From NCBI GenBank assembly GCA_938084645.1, contig CALKEP010000009.1:1-64000 (forward strand): DNA of 64,000 nucleotides, given 5' to 3'. This DNA is from an uncultured Phycisphaerales bacterium (lineage in GTDB: Bacteria; Planctomycetota; Phycisphaerae; Phycisphaerales; SM1A02). A program made the translations under genes and the position numbers. How positions within the stretch are numbered: position 1 is the stretch's first letter; every line of letters starts with the position of its first letter. A model generated the notes under the pieces. It was not told where the DNA came from and made no database searches. It saw only the letters and a list, made by a program, of their open reading frames with translations. Positions 48,054 through 57,400 of the stretch are shown in pieces.

Positions 48054-49130
48054 TCAGGGCGTCGCGTCGAGGGTGGCGACCACCGCCGCCTGATCCTCGG
48101 AATCCTCGCAGACGGCGAGGACCGTGCCACCCTCCACCGTCATCAGCACCGGCGTGGAGATGACGTACTGGGGACCTTCCGGCAAGGTGTGCAGCAGGCA
48201 CTCCTCGCACGGCATGGGAAGGGCGTTGGCGGGATCGATGTCGGGGACCGCGACCGCGATGGTCGGGATCTCGAGCGGGCCGAGAAAATGGTCCTCGAGC
48301 AGGGTGTGGCAGTGCTCGCAGTCTTCGCGATAGAGCACGAGGTGGAATCGATCGGTGTCGATCCAGTCGGGGAGCGGTCGCGAGATGAGCTTCGCCAGCG
48401 TCTGCGACGAAAGCGGAGAGCCGACCCAGCTCGCGAAATCAGCGACGTAGAACGGCTCGAGTTCGGTCGCGGCCGCGCCCCAGCCCGTGGCCTCGGTGAC
48501 CGCTCCGGGGCCGGCGGGACTCGTGGTCTCGTCGACCGCGGGGGTCGCGGGTATGGCGATCGTGATCTTCGGCGAGGGGACGCTGAAAGCGAGGCCGAAT
48601 CCGATGGCCGCCGCCGCGAGGACGGATCCGAGTCGAGCGGGGGTGGCGGCCTCCCGGATCGGTCGAAGGAAGATCACGCCGAGGAGCAGCAGCGCGTCGA
48701 TCGCGAACATGCCGAGGGGCGGGGGGCTCACGGAGCCGAAGCACCCGCAACTTCCGCTCCAGATGGCGCTGATGCCATCCCGACTCGCGGCCATCGCCAT
48801 CGTCGCGACGAGCACCGCGAGGAACACGGTGAGAATGAAACTCGCGGCGAAACGAGCGAGCCGCGGTGATGCGAACATCACCAGTGCCAGCATGATCTCG
48901 ACGCCGATCATCGACCGGAGCGAGAACCCCAGCCACCAGTTGAGGTCCGTGACTTCGAAGAGGCGGGCCGAGTCCCGGACCACGAGCAGCACCGGTTCGG
49001 GCAGCAGCTTGGGATTCAGGGTGTAGAGCTTGACGCTCGCGCCGGCGAGGACCCAGAGCGGGATCAGGATCCGGACCAGCAGGGTCCCGATGATCGAGCC
49101 TCGGTCGGAGGTGGAGGATGAATTCGGCAT
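48054..49130 (-). CDS. MauE/DoxX-like membrane domain fused to thioredoxin-like domain (paralogue 1)
   Basis: R...W..AGASVKL, IGVEIMLA, SCGCFG, DALLLLG (MauE-like); then HLVLYREDCEHCH, PCEEC, LPEGP..ISTPVLMTVEGGTV. Confidence 0.78.
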   Translation of the reverse strand: MPNSSSTSDRGSIIGTLLVRILIPLWVLAGASVKLYTLNPKLLPEPVLLVVRDSARLFEVTDLNWWLGFSLRSMIGVEIMLALVMFASPRLARFAASFILTVFLAVLVATMAMAASRDGISAIWSGSCGCFGSVSPPPLGMFAIDALLLLGVIFLRPIREAATPARLGSVLAAAAIGFGLAFSVPSPKITIAIPATPAVDETTSPAGPGAVTEATGWGAAATELEPFYVADFASWVGSPLSSQTLAKLISRPLPDWIDTDRFHLVLYREDCEHCHTLLEDHFLGPLEIPTIAVAVPDIDPANALPMPCEECLLHTLPEGPQYVISTPVLMTVEGGTVLAVCEDSEDQAAVVATLDATP

Positions 49131-49175
49131 CGTGTACTCGGTCGGCAGGAGGAGGGGACTCGGGCGGACGCTGGA

Positions 49176-49769
49176 TCAGGCGTTCGAATCGGTTTCGAAC
49201 TGCTCGCAACACGCGTGCATCAGGAACTGATGGACCTCCTGGATCGCGGCGGAGTCCTGCCCCCCGACCACGACCGAGACGTCGCAGAGGGTACGGGCTT
49301 CGCCGCCGTCTCCCCCGAGGAAGCCGATGGTGGTCGCGTTCCGGGCCCGGGCCGCCTCGAGGGCGGCGAGCAGGTTCGGGCTGCGGCCCGAGGTCGAGAA
49401 GATGACCAGCGCATCCTGGTCGGTGGCCATCGCGTCGACCTGACGGGCGAAGATCGCCTCGAAGCCGAAGTCGTTGGCGATGCAGGTCAGGGCGGTCGGA
49501 TCCGCGTTGAGGCACATGCTCCGGATCGGAGGGCGATCCCCCCGGTATCGGCCGATCAGTTCCTCGGCCAGATGCAGGGCCTCGGCGGCCGAGCCACCGT
49601 TGCCGCAGGTGAAGACGGTGCCACCGCGTCGAACGGTCGAGTCGAGCGCCTGCAGGAGGCGGACGATCGAGTCCGGATCCGCGTCGATGCTGGCGAGGGC
49701 CGCGTCGAGGCGGGCGCGTCGATCGGCGAGCAGGGCCTTGATCCGGGTCTCGATGTCGGTGACTGGCAT
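49176..49769 (-). CDS. gmhA: Phosphoheptose isomerase (SIS domain)
   Basis: CGNGGSAAEALHLAEEL.GRY, LTCIANDFGFEAIFARQV, STSGRSPN, IQEVH. Confidence 0.9.
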   Translation of the reverse strand: MPVTDIETRIKALLADRRARLDAALASIDADPDSIVRLLQALDSTVRRGGTVFTCGNGGSAAEALHLAEELIGRYRGDRPPIRSMCLNADPTALTCIANDFGFEAIFARQVDAMATDQDALVIFSTSGRSPNLLAALEAARARNATTIGFLGGDGGEARTLCDVSVVVGGQDSAAIQEVHQFLMHACCEQFETDSNA

Positions 49770-49910
49770 GCGTCAATGGTAGGGTCTTGACGCCACGGAG
49801 GGGGTTTTCCGGAGACGGAGCGGCTTTTCCAACGCAGTGCGTCCGGACCGTCGTCCGTGGCGAAGTCAGACCGCGGCCGCCGGCCGTCATGAATCACGCA
49901 GGGAGCCCCC

Positions 49911-51344
49911 GTGCCGGATCAACCACGAATCGAACACGGCACCGATGCCGGTGACCGGACCTTCCGCTGCGAGTCCGGGATGGCGGCGTCGAAGAAGGAG
50001 ATCGCCGATTGGCATTTCCGGGCGGGAGCGCTCGACCGGCTTCTTCCCCCGTGGCAGGACGTCCGGGTCATCGAGGACTCCGGCCCGCTTCGCCCCGGCG
50101 TCGAGACGGTGCTCTCGGTGCCGATCGCCCCGTTCGTCCGGAAGCGATGGCGGGCCCGGATCGAGGAGGCCGTGCCCGGGGAGCGGTTCATCGACGTGCA
50201 GGTGTCGGGGCCGTTCGGCGCCTGGCACCATCGTCACGAGTTCTTCGGGACCGAGGGCGACGCATCGTCCGGTCGACTTCGTGATTCGATCGCGTACCGA
50301 ATGCCCATGGGACCGCTCGGCGGCCTCGGGGCTGGCTTGGTGCGTCGTGACCTGGCGAAGATGTTCCGGTACCGCCACTACCGGACCGCGGCCGATCTGC
50401 GTCGGCACGCGGACGCCGGTGATGTCGCGCCGCAGACGGTGGTCATCACGGGTGGGAGCGGCCTGATCGGCACCCAGCTCACGGCATTCCTGCGAACGGG
50501 CGGGCACACGGTCCGGCATCTCGTGCGCCGCGTGCCGGACGCGAGCGCTGGCGAGTACCACTGGGACCCGGCCAGTGGCGAGATCGACGTGTCCGCGTTC
50601 GATGGTGCGGACGCGGTCGTGCATCTCGCGGGGGCCGGCATCGCGGATCGGCGTTGGACGCCGGGCCGTATGAAGGTCATCAAGGATTCACGGATCGACG
50701 GCACGCGGATGCTCGCGACGGCCCTGGCCAACATGAAGCACCCGCCTCCGGTGTTGGTGTCGGCCAGCGCCGTGGGGTACTACGGGAACCGGTCCGAACG
50801 CGTGGACGAGAAGGCGAAGGCGGGCGACGGTTTCCTTTCCGAAGTCTCCATCGCGTGGGAGGAAGCCGCGGAAGCCGCGCGGAGGGCGGGCATTCGCGTG
50901 GTGCATCCTCGCATCGGTGTGGTCATCACACCCAAGGGCGGGGCGCTCGCCAAGATGTTGACGCCGTTCAGACTGGGGGCGGGTGGTCCGCTCGGTTCCG
51001 GCCGTCAGGGCCTGAGCTGGATCGGGATGGACGATCTCCTCGGCGTGCTGCATCGACTCGTGGTGGACGATCGGTACGAGGGGCCGGTGAACGCGACCGC
51101 ACCCGAGCCGGTCGATCAGCGAACCTTCGCGAAGACCCTCGGTCGCGTGCTTCGGCGTCCGGCGATCGCGCCGATGCCTGCGTTCGCCGCGAAGATCCTC
51201 TTTGGCCGCATGGCGGGCCCGCTCCTGCTCGAGGGCGTCGAGGCGACGCCGGCGGTGCTCTCCGGCCACGGCTTCCGCTTCGAGACCCCGGACCTCGAAT
51301 CCTGCCTTCGACTTCAGCTCGACGGCACGCCTCCCACCGGGTGA
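49911..51344 (+). CDS. TIGR01777 family NAD(P)-dependent oxidoreductase with N-terminal SRPBCC domain
   Basis: WHFRAGALDRLLPPW, FIDVQVSGPFGAWHHRHEF, MFRYRH; then ITGGSGLIG, HLAGAGIADRRWT, SASAVGYYG, GGPLGSGRQ..SWI. Start uncertain. Confidence 0.9.
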   Translation: MPDQPRIEHGTDAGDRTFRCESGMAASKKEIADWHFRAGALDRLLPPWQDVRVIEDSGPLRPGVETVLSVPIAPFVRKRWRARIEEAVPGERFIDVQVSGPFGAWHHRHEFFGTEGDASSGRLRDSIAYRMPMGPLGGLGAGLVRRDLAKMFRYRHYRTAADLRRHADAGDVAPQTVVITGGSGLIGTQLTAFLRTGGHTVRHLVRRVPDASAGEYHWDPASGEIDVSAFDGADAVVHLAGAGIADRRWTPGRMKVIKDSRIDGTRMLATALANMKHPPPVLVSASAVGYYGNRSERVDEKAKAGDGFLSEVSIAWEEAAEAARRAGIRVVHPRIGVVITPKGGALAKMLTPFRLGAGGPLGSGRQGLSWIGMDDLLGVLHRLVVDDRYEGPVNATAPEPVDQRTFAKTLGRVLRRPAIAPMPAFAAKILFGRMAGPLLLEGVEATPAVLSGHGFRFETPDLESCLRLQLDGTPPTG

Positions 51345-51359
51345 GGCCGTGCCCGCCGG

Positions 51360-52580
51360 TCAGCCTTCCTCGCGCTCGGCCCGTCTTCCCCGCAGCCAGG
51401 GTCGAAGCGCCGGCCAGAGCGTGGCCGCTGGCAGCACCAGGCTGGCCGCGATGACCGCGGTCACGCCACCCACCGTGACGCCGACCAGGGCCGCGGCGGG
51501 ACCGACGCCGTACCCGACACCGATCAGTCCTTCGTGCGTGCTCGCGGCATCGACGTCCGCGTCGCCGACCCGCATCACGTAGTACATCGCGGCGTAGTAG
51601 ACGACGGCCTGTCCGAGTCCGAAGGCGATCAGGGCGAGCACGATGGCGGTGATGTTCGGGGCCGCGACGACCGCGACGTAGCCACCGATCAACAGGAAGC
51701 CGCCGAGGAGCGTCGCGCTCCAACGACCATGCCACCATGACCATCGACGCAGGATCGCGATGCCCGCCACCCGCGCGAACATCCACGTCGCGGCAAGCGG
51801 CGTCTGCCACCAGATCGACGCCTCGAGATCGTCGAGGAGGTAGGGCATGAGCGGGCTCAACGCCCCGATCAGCGCGTAGGCGAGCGGAAGCAGCGCGCGA
51901 TTGCTCGCGAGAAGATCGACGTAGCGGGCGGGTGCGACGTGGTCGGGATGGTGGATTTCATGGCGGGCGACCCGGGCCGGCACGCCGACGAGCAGCACCA
52001 CGATGCAGATCAGGTTGATCGGACCGAGGCTGGCGATCGCCCATGCCGCGTGACCGGCCGCCAGCAACGGGGCCATCGAGACCAGGGCGAGTCCGAGGGC
52101 GGACATCCAGATCGTGTTCCACCAGCCGATGGCGTTGCGCATCGCCGCCGGCTCGCGTCCGGCGGACACGTACGCCTCGATCACCGGCCAGAAGAAGGCG
52201 GCGAGGAAGGACATCGCGCCCGAGACTGCGAACAGCATGACCGGCGACTTCGAGACGAGGATCAGCGGGCAGATCCCGACCTGCAGGAGGAACACCGCGG
52301 CGACCACGGTCCGGGGCGTGACGCGGTGGGCGATGCGACGAAGGATCGGCGCGCTGGCGAACGCGGCGATGGCGTAGACGCCACCATTCGAGATCGCGAG
52401 CAGGAGATTCCAGGTCTCGTCGAAGCCGTAGGCGTCGCGGGCGACGAAGCCCAGGCCGTTCCAGAGGACCGCGGTGCCGAAGGTCGCGAGGAACGACAGC
52501 AGGAGCAACGGCCCCAGGGGCGCCGGACCGAGGGTGGAACCCGGGACGATGGGCGGATCGTGGTCGGGGGACGAGGTCAT
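51360..52580 (-). CDS. MFS-type membrane transporter
   Basis: 406 aa, about 12 hydrophobic segments in two halves; FFWPVIEAYVSAG and HEGLIGVGY motifs. Confidence 0.7.
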   Translation of the reverse strand: MTSSPDHDPPIVPGSTLGPAPLGPLLLLSFLATFGTAVLWNGLGFVARDAYGFDETWNLLLAISNGGVYAIAAFASAPILRRIAHRVTPRTVVAAVFLLQVGICPLILVSKSPVMLFAVSGAMSFLAAFFWPVIEAYVSAGREPAAMRNAIGWWNTIWMSALGLALVSMAPLLAAGHAAWAIASLGPINLICIVVLLVGVPARVARHEIHHPDHVAPARYVDLLASNRALLPLAYALIGALSPLMPYLLDDLEASIWWQTPLAATWMFARVAGIAILRRWSWWHGRWSATLLGGFLLIGGYVAVVAAPNITAIVLALIAFGLGQAVVYYAAMYYVMRVGDADVDAASTHEGLIGVGYGVGPAAALVGVTVGGVTAVIAASLVLPAATLWPALRPWLRGRRAEREEG

Positions 52581-52644
52581 CGTCCCGGATGATCGCAGGT
52601 TCCGCGTCGACCGTCCGCAGGGCCGCCGGTACCATCTCGGTGCC

Positions 52645-52718
52645 GGGCGTTTAGCTCAGTTGGCTAGAGCGTCCCCTTTACACGGGGAAGGTCGCTGGTT
52701 CGAGTCCAGTATCGCCCA
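52645..52718 (+). tRNA. tRNA-Val (anticodon TAC), CCA not encoded
   Basis: GGGCGTTTAGCTCAGTTGGCTAGAGCGTCCCCTTTACACGGGGAAGGTCGCTGGTTCGAGTCCAGTATCGCCCA; anticodon stem TCCCC/GGGGA, loop TTTACAC; TACCAT at 52630-52635 upstream. Confidence 0.96.
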
Positions 52719-52721
52719 CTC

Positions 52722-52761
52722 ACGCCCACGCCCCCGTGTATGACTTCGGGGGGGTGGGCGT
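52722..52761 (+). terminator. GC-rich hairpin directly after tRNA-Val
   Basis: ACGCCCAC-G-CCCCCG pairs with CGGGGG-G-GTGGGCGT (one mismatch, 10-nt loop); no clear U-tract. Confidence 0.5.
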
Positions 52762-52943
52762 CGTGGTTCGATGGTTCGGGCGCGATTCCCCGGCGGTCAT
52801 CGCGACGTGTTGTCCCGGACTGGAGGGACCAGCGAATCGACGCGGCCTCGTCCGACGAACACGCTTCCGCGGATTCACGTCCACCTCCCGATACGCGTCG
52901 GTTCAAGCCGCAACCCGGCCCCGATCAAGGACCTCGATCGATC

Positions 52944-54443
52944 ATGGCCTCTTCCGACCTCCTCCTCGTCTTCCCGCATCAGCTCTTCGCGGACCATCCC
53001 GGACTCGAGGACGGGCCGAGGTCGACCGCCCTGATCGAGGATTCGCTGTTCTTCGGCGACGCCCACCACCCGGCCCGATTCCACAAGCAGAAGCTCCGAC
53101 TGCATCGCAGCACCATGAAGCGGTATGAGGCGAGGCTGCAGGAGGTGGGGTGCGAGGTCGAGTACCACGAGCATGCACCGGGACGTGATCCGTTGGCGGA
53201 CGGCCTCGAGGCGGCCTCGAAGGCGGGCGTGAGGCGAATCCTGGTGGCCGAGGTTCACGACCATCTGCTCGAGCGACGGCTTCGGCGGCACGTCGATCGC
53301 CTGAAGATCGAGCTCGAGATCCTGCCGACGCCGATGTTCCTCAACACCGACGAGGAGAACCGGTCGTGGCGTGAGACCCGCAAGCGTTGGTTCATGGCCG
53401 ATTTCTACAAGCACCAGCGTCGGCGGCTCGAGATCCTGATGGAGGGCGACGAGCCGGTGGGCGGTCGATGGAGCTTCGACGAGGACAATCGGAAGAAGAT
53501 CCCCAAGGCGATGATGACGGAGATTCCGACGATCCCCACGTTCGAGACGGACGCGATCGAGACGGCGGCCGGCGCGCACGTGGAATCGACCTATGCGGAC
53601 CATCCCGGTCGACTCGGCGATCCGATCTATCCGACCACCCACGAGACCGCGGCGGCCTGGTTGCAGACCTTCCTCGAGCAACGGTTCACGCGCTTCGGCG
53701 ACTACGAGGATGCCATCGCGGCCGGCGAGAACTGGTTGTGGCACGGCGTGCTCACCCCGATGCTCAACATCGGACTGCTGACGCCGGGCCAGGTGGTCGA
53801 CGCCACGCTCGACCACGCTGCGAAGCACGACGTGCCGCTGAACTCGTTGGAAGGCTTCATCCGGCAGGTGGTCGGCTGGCGGGAGTTCATGCGAGCGACG
53901 TACGTGGACATCGGCGTTCGGATGCGGACCACGAATCACTGGGACCACCACCGGAAGATGCCCGACGCCTTCTACGACGGGACCACGGGGATCGAGCCCG
54001 TCGACGACGTGATCCGTCGCGTCCTCGACACCGGCTACTGCCACCACATCGAACGACTGATGGTGCTCGGTGGGTTCATGTTCCTCTGCGAGATCCACCC
54101 GGACGAGATCTATCGCTGGTTCATGGAGATGTTCGTCGACAGTTACGACTGGGTCATGGTGCCCAACGTCTACGCGATGAGTCAGAACGCCGATGGCGGT
54201 CTGATCACCACCAAGCCGTACTTCTCCGGGTCGGCCTACGTCAAGAAGATGAGCAATCACCGCAACGGTGACTGGAACGCCGTCTGGGACGGGCTCTACT
54301 GGCGATGGATCCTCGACCACGCCGACGAACTCGGCAAGAATCCCCGCTGGGCGATGATGTGCGCCACCGGAAGGCGAATGGCTCCGGAGAAGCAGGCGGC
54401 GCACCGCGAGAACGCCGAGGCGTTCCTCGCCGGGCTCGCCTGA
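52944..54443 (+). CDS. Cryptochrome/photolyase family protein, PhrB/(6-4)-photolyase-related clade
   Basis: LVFPHQLF, FHKQKL..HRSTM, FMADFYKHQRRRL, GGRWSFDEDNR, FGDYEDAI, EGFIRQVVGWREF, GYCHHIERLM, DSYDWVMVPNV, TKPY; start ATG 52944. Confidence 0.92.
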   Translation: MASSDLLLVFPHQLFADHPGLEDGPRSTALIEDSLFFGDAHHPARFHKQKLRLHRSTMKRYEARLQEVGCEVEYHEHAPGRDPLADGLEAASKAGVRRILVAEVHDHLLERRLRRHVDRLKIELEILPTPMFLNTDEENRSWRETRKRWFMADFYKHQRRRLEILMEGDEPVGGRWSFDEDNRKKIPKAMMTEIPTIPTFETDAIETAAGAHVESTYADHPGRLGDPIYPTTHETAAAWLQTFLEQRFTRFGDYEDAIAAGENWLWHGVLTPMLNIGLLTPGQVVDATLDHAAKHDVPLNSLEGFIRQVVGWREFMRATYVDIGVRMRTTNHWDHHRKMPDAFYDGTTGIEPVDDVIRRVLDTGYCHHIERLMVLGGFMFLCEIHPDEIYRWFMEMFVDSYDWVMVPNVYAMSQNADGGLITTKPYFSGSAYVKKMSNHRNGDWNAVWDGLYWRWILDHADELGKNPRWAMMCATGRRMAPEKQAAHRENAEAFLAGLA

Positions 54444-54495
54444 ACGGTGGTTCGAGCGTTCGTCCGGATTAGAATGAGGCCGCCGAGCCGCCACC

Positions 54496-57400
54496 ATGTC
54501 GCCATCCGATCCCCATCCTCCCGCCGCAACCGATGCGTCCGGCGACGAGTCGCCGCCGCCGAGCGGTGCTGCGCGACAGCCTCGCCGGAAACGCCGGCGG
54601 AAATCGCGGTCGGGGGGCCGGGGCGGATCGGAACCGAGGAAGACCGCGCCCGTCGCCCCCGCCGCGCCCGAGGAGGTCGCGAGGCTGAAGGCCATCGATC
54701 GTCGAGCCGGCGATCTGCCCGAGGCGCCGGCGGGCATCATCCGGCGTCGGCTGTCGGGCGCCCGCCGACTTCTGGACGAAGGCCGATCCGCCGGCAAGCC
54801 GCTGGCCGCCATCGAGCGTGATCTCACGCGGATGCTCGACGCCCGATCGGCTCGGATGCAGCGTCGACTCGACGTCACCTATCCGGCCGAACTTCCGGTG
54901 TCGCTCGCCCGCGAGGAGATCGCGGACGCGATCCGGGATCATCAGGTGGTCGTGGTCTGCGGCGAGACGGGATCGGGCAAGACCACGCAGTTGCCGAAGA
55001 TCTGTCTCGAACTCGGGCGGGGGGTCGACGGGCTCATCGGGCATACCCAGCCTCGACGGGTGGCGGCCCGAAGCGTCGCGGCCCGGATCGCGGAGGAACT
55101 GAAGACGCCGCTGGGTGAGGGCGTGGGCTATGCGGTCCGTTTCAACGACCGGACGCGACCGGGCACCCGCGTGAAACTCATGACCGACGGGATCCTGCTC
55201 GCGGAGACCCAGCGGGACCGGGATCTCGTCGCCTACGACACCCTGATCATCGACGAGGCCCACGAGCGCAGCCTCAACATCGACTTCCTGCTCGGCTACC
55301 TCAAACGACTGCTGTCCCGGCGACCCGATCTCAAGGTGATCATCACCAGCGCCACCATCGATCCCGAGCGGTTCAGTCGTCACTTCGGGAATGCGCCGAT
55401 CGTGCAGGTCGGCGGCCGGATGCATCCGGTCGAGATCCGGCATCGCCCGATCGCGACCGATGGTGCCGATCAGGACGTCGACGAGGCCACGGTCGCCGGC
55501 GTGCTCGAGGCGATCACGGAGATCGACGCCAGTGGCCTGGGCGAGACGTCGACGTCCGGACGGCCCGACATTCTGGTCTTCCTTCCCGGCGAGCGGGAGA
55601 TCAACGACGTCGCGGCGGCCATCGAACGCGCGAGCCTTCCCTCGACCGAAGTCCTGCCGCTCTACGCACGGCTCTCCAACGACCGTCAGGACCGGGTCTT
55701 CAAGCCGGGGCCGGAGCGCCGCATCGTCCTCGCCACGAACGTCGCGGAGACCTCGCTCACCGTGCCCCGGATCCGGGGCGTGATCGACGTCGGAACCGCC
55801 CGCATCTCCCGGTACTCGCCCCGGAGTCGCGTCCAGCGACTGCCGGTGGAGCCGGTGGCGCAATCCTCCGCGAACCAGCGAAGTGGTCGCTGCGGTCGCG
55901 TCGCGTCCGGTGTCTGCATTCGACTCTACGACGAGGCGGAGTTCGCGAAGCGACCGGACTTCACCCAGCCCGAGATCCTTCGATCGAATCTCGCGAGCGT
56001 GATCCTGCAGATGGCGTCGCTGGGGCTCGGGGGTCCCGACGCGTTCCCGTTCCTGGAAAGGCCTTCCGCCAAACTGATCCGTGACGGGTACGAGACGCTG
56101 CGGGAGATCGGGGCGGTCGACCGTGCCGGCGAACTCACCACCCTCGGACGCCGCCTGGCCGAAATGCCGGTCGACCCGCGGATCGGGCGGATCGTGCTGG
56201 CGTCGATCGACGAAGGGTGTCTTCCCGAGATCGTGGTGATCGCCGCGGCGCTCTCGGTGCAGGATCCGAAGAACCGTCCCGCGGGCAGTGAAGGCGTCGC
56301 CGACCTCGCCCACGCACCGTTCCGCGATCCCGGGAGCGACTTCCTGTCGTTCGTCCGGCTCTGGCGGGCGTGGCGTCGGGCCCGCGAGGAGAAGGGGAGT
56401 TCGGCGATCCGAAGCTGGTGTCGTCGCAATCACCTCTCGTACCTCCGGATGATCGAGTGGGAGGACGTGCATCGTCAGCTCGAGGAGATCGCGGGCCGTT
56501 GCCTCGAAGGCGGCAGGCGGAATTCGGACCGCAAGGGATCGGGGCGACGCGTCCGTCTCCCGGAGGTCCGGGACGATCCGCCGACCGGCGCCGTGCATCG
56601 ATCGATCCTCGCGGGACTGGTCTCGAACATCGGACACCGGACCGAAGAGGGGGACTATCGAGGCATCGCGGGGGCGACGTTCTCGATCTTCCCGGGAAGC
56701 GTGTTGCGGCGGCAGGACGCTCCGTGGATCGTCGCGGCGGAGATCGTCGAGACCAGCCGACGCTGGGCCCGGACCGTGGCCCGGATCCGCGGCGACTGGG
56801 TCGAACGCGTGGCCCCGCATCTGGTGCGCCGGAATCACTTCGAGCCTCATTTCGATCCCGAGACCGGATTCGTCGCGGCGTACGAGAACGTCTCCTTCGG
56901 CGACCTCGACGTGGTCGAGCGTCGGACCGTGCCCTACGCGCCGATCGACGTGGCGGGGGCCCGCGAGGTCTTCATCCAGCAGGCGCTGGTCTCGGAACGA
57001 CTCGCGGGTGATGCGCCGTTCCTGGCCCGGAACCGCGAACTCTTCGAGCGGCTCGACCAACTCGGTGATCGCGGTCGGGAACTCGGTCCGCTCGCCGAGG
57101 ACGAGGAGCGGTTCGCGTTCTACGACGCCCGGCTCCCGTCCGAGATTCACAACGCCGCGGCCCTGACCGCGTGGCGTCGGAAGGCCGAACGCCGGGATCC
57201 CGGGATCCTGGTGATGCGGGAACAGGATCTCGTCACCGACGTGCGGGCCGGACTCGACGAAGCCGAGTACCCGGACCGACTCCGCATGGGCGGGATGGAC
57301 ATTCGACTCCGCTACCGACACGAGCCCGGCACCGAGGACGACGGCGTCACCGCGATGATTCCGATCGAGCTGCTGGGCCGCTTGGAGGCGGCTCGGTTCG

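Noticed and set aside
46332..49130. Calling the CxxCH trio c-type cytochromes
   Set aside because: The motif follows a hydrophobic beta-strand and is followed by a cis-Pro-type [ST]P plus beta-hairpin, which fits thioredoxin better than the helical cytochrome c fold. Kept only as an alternative hypothesis.
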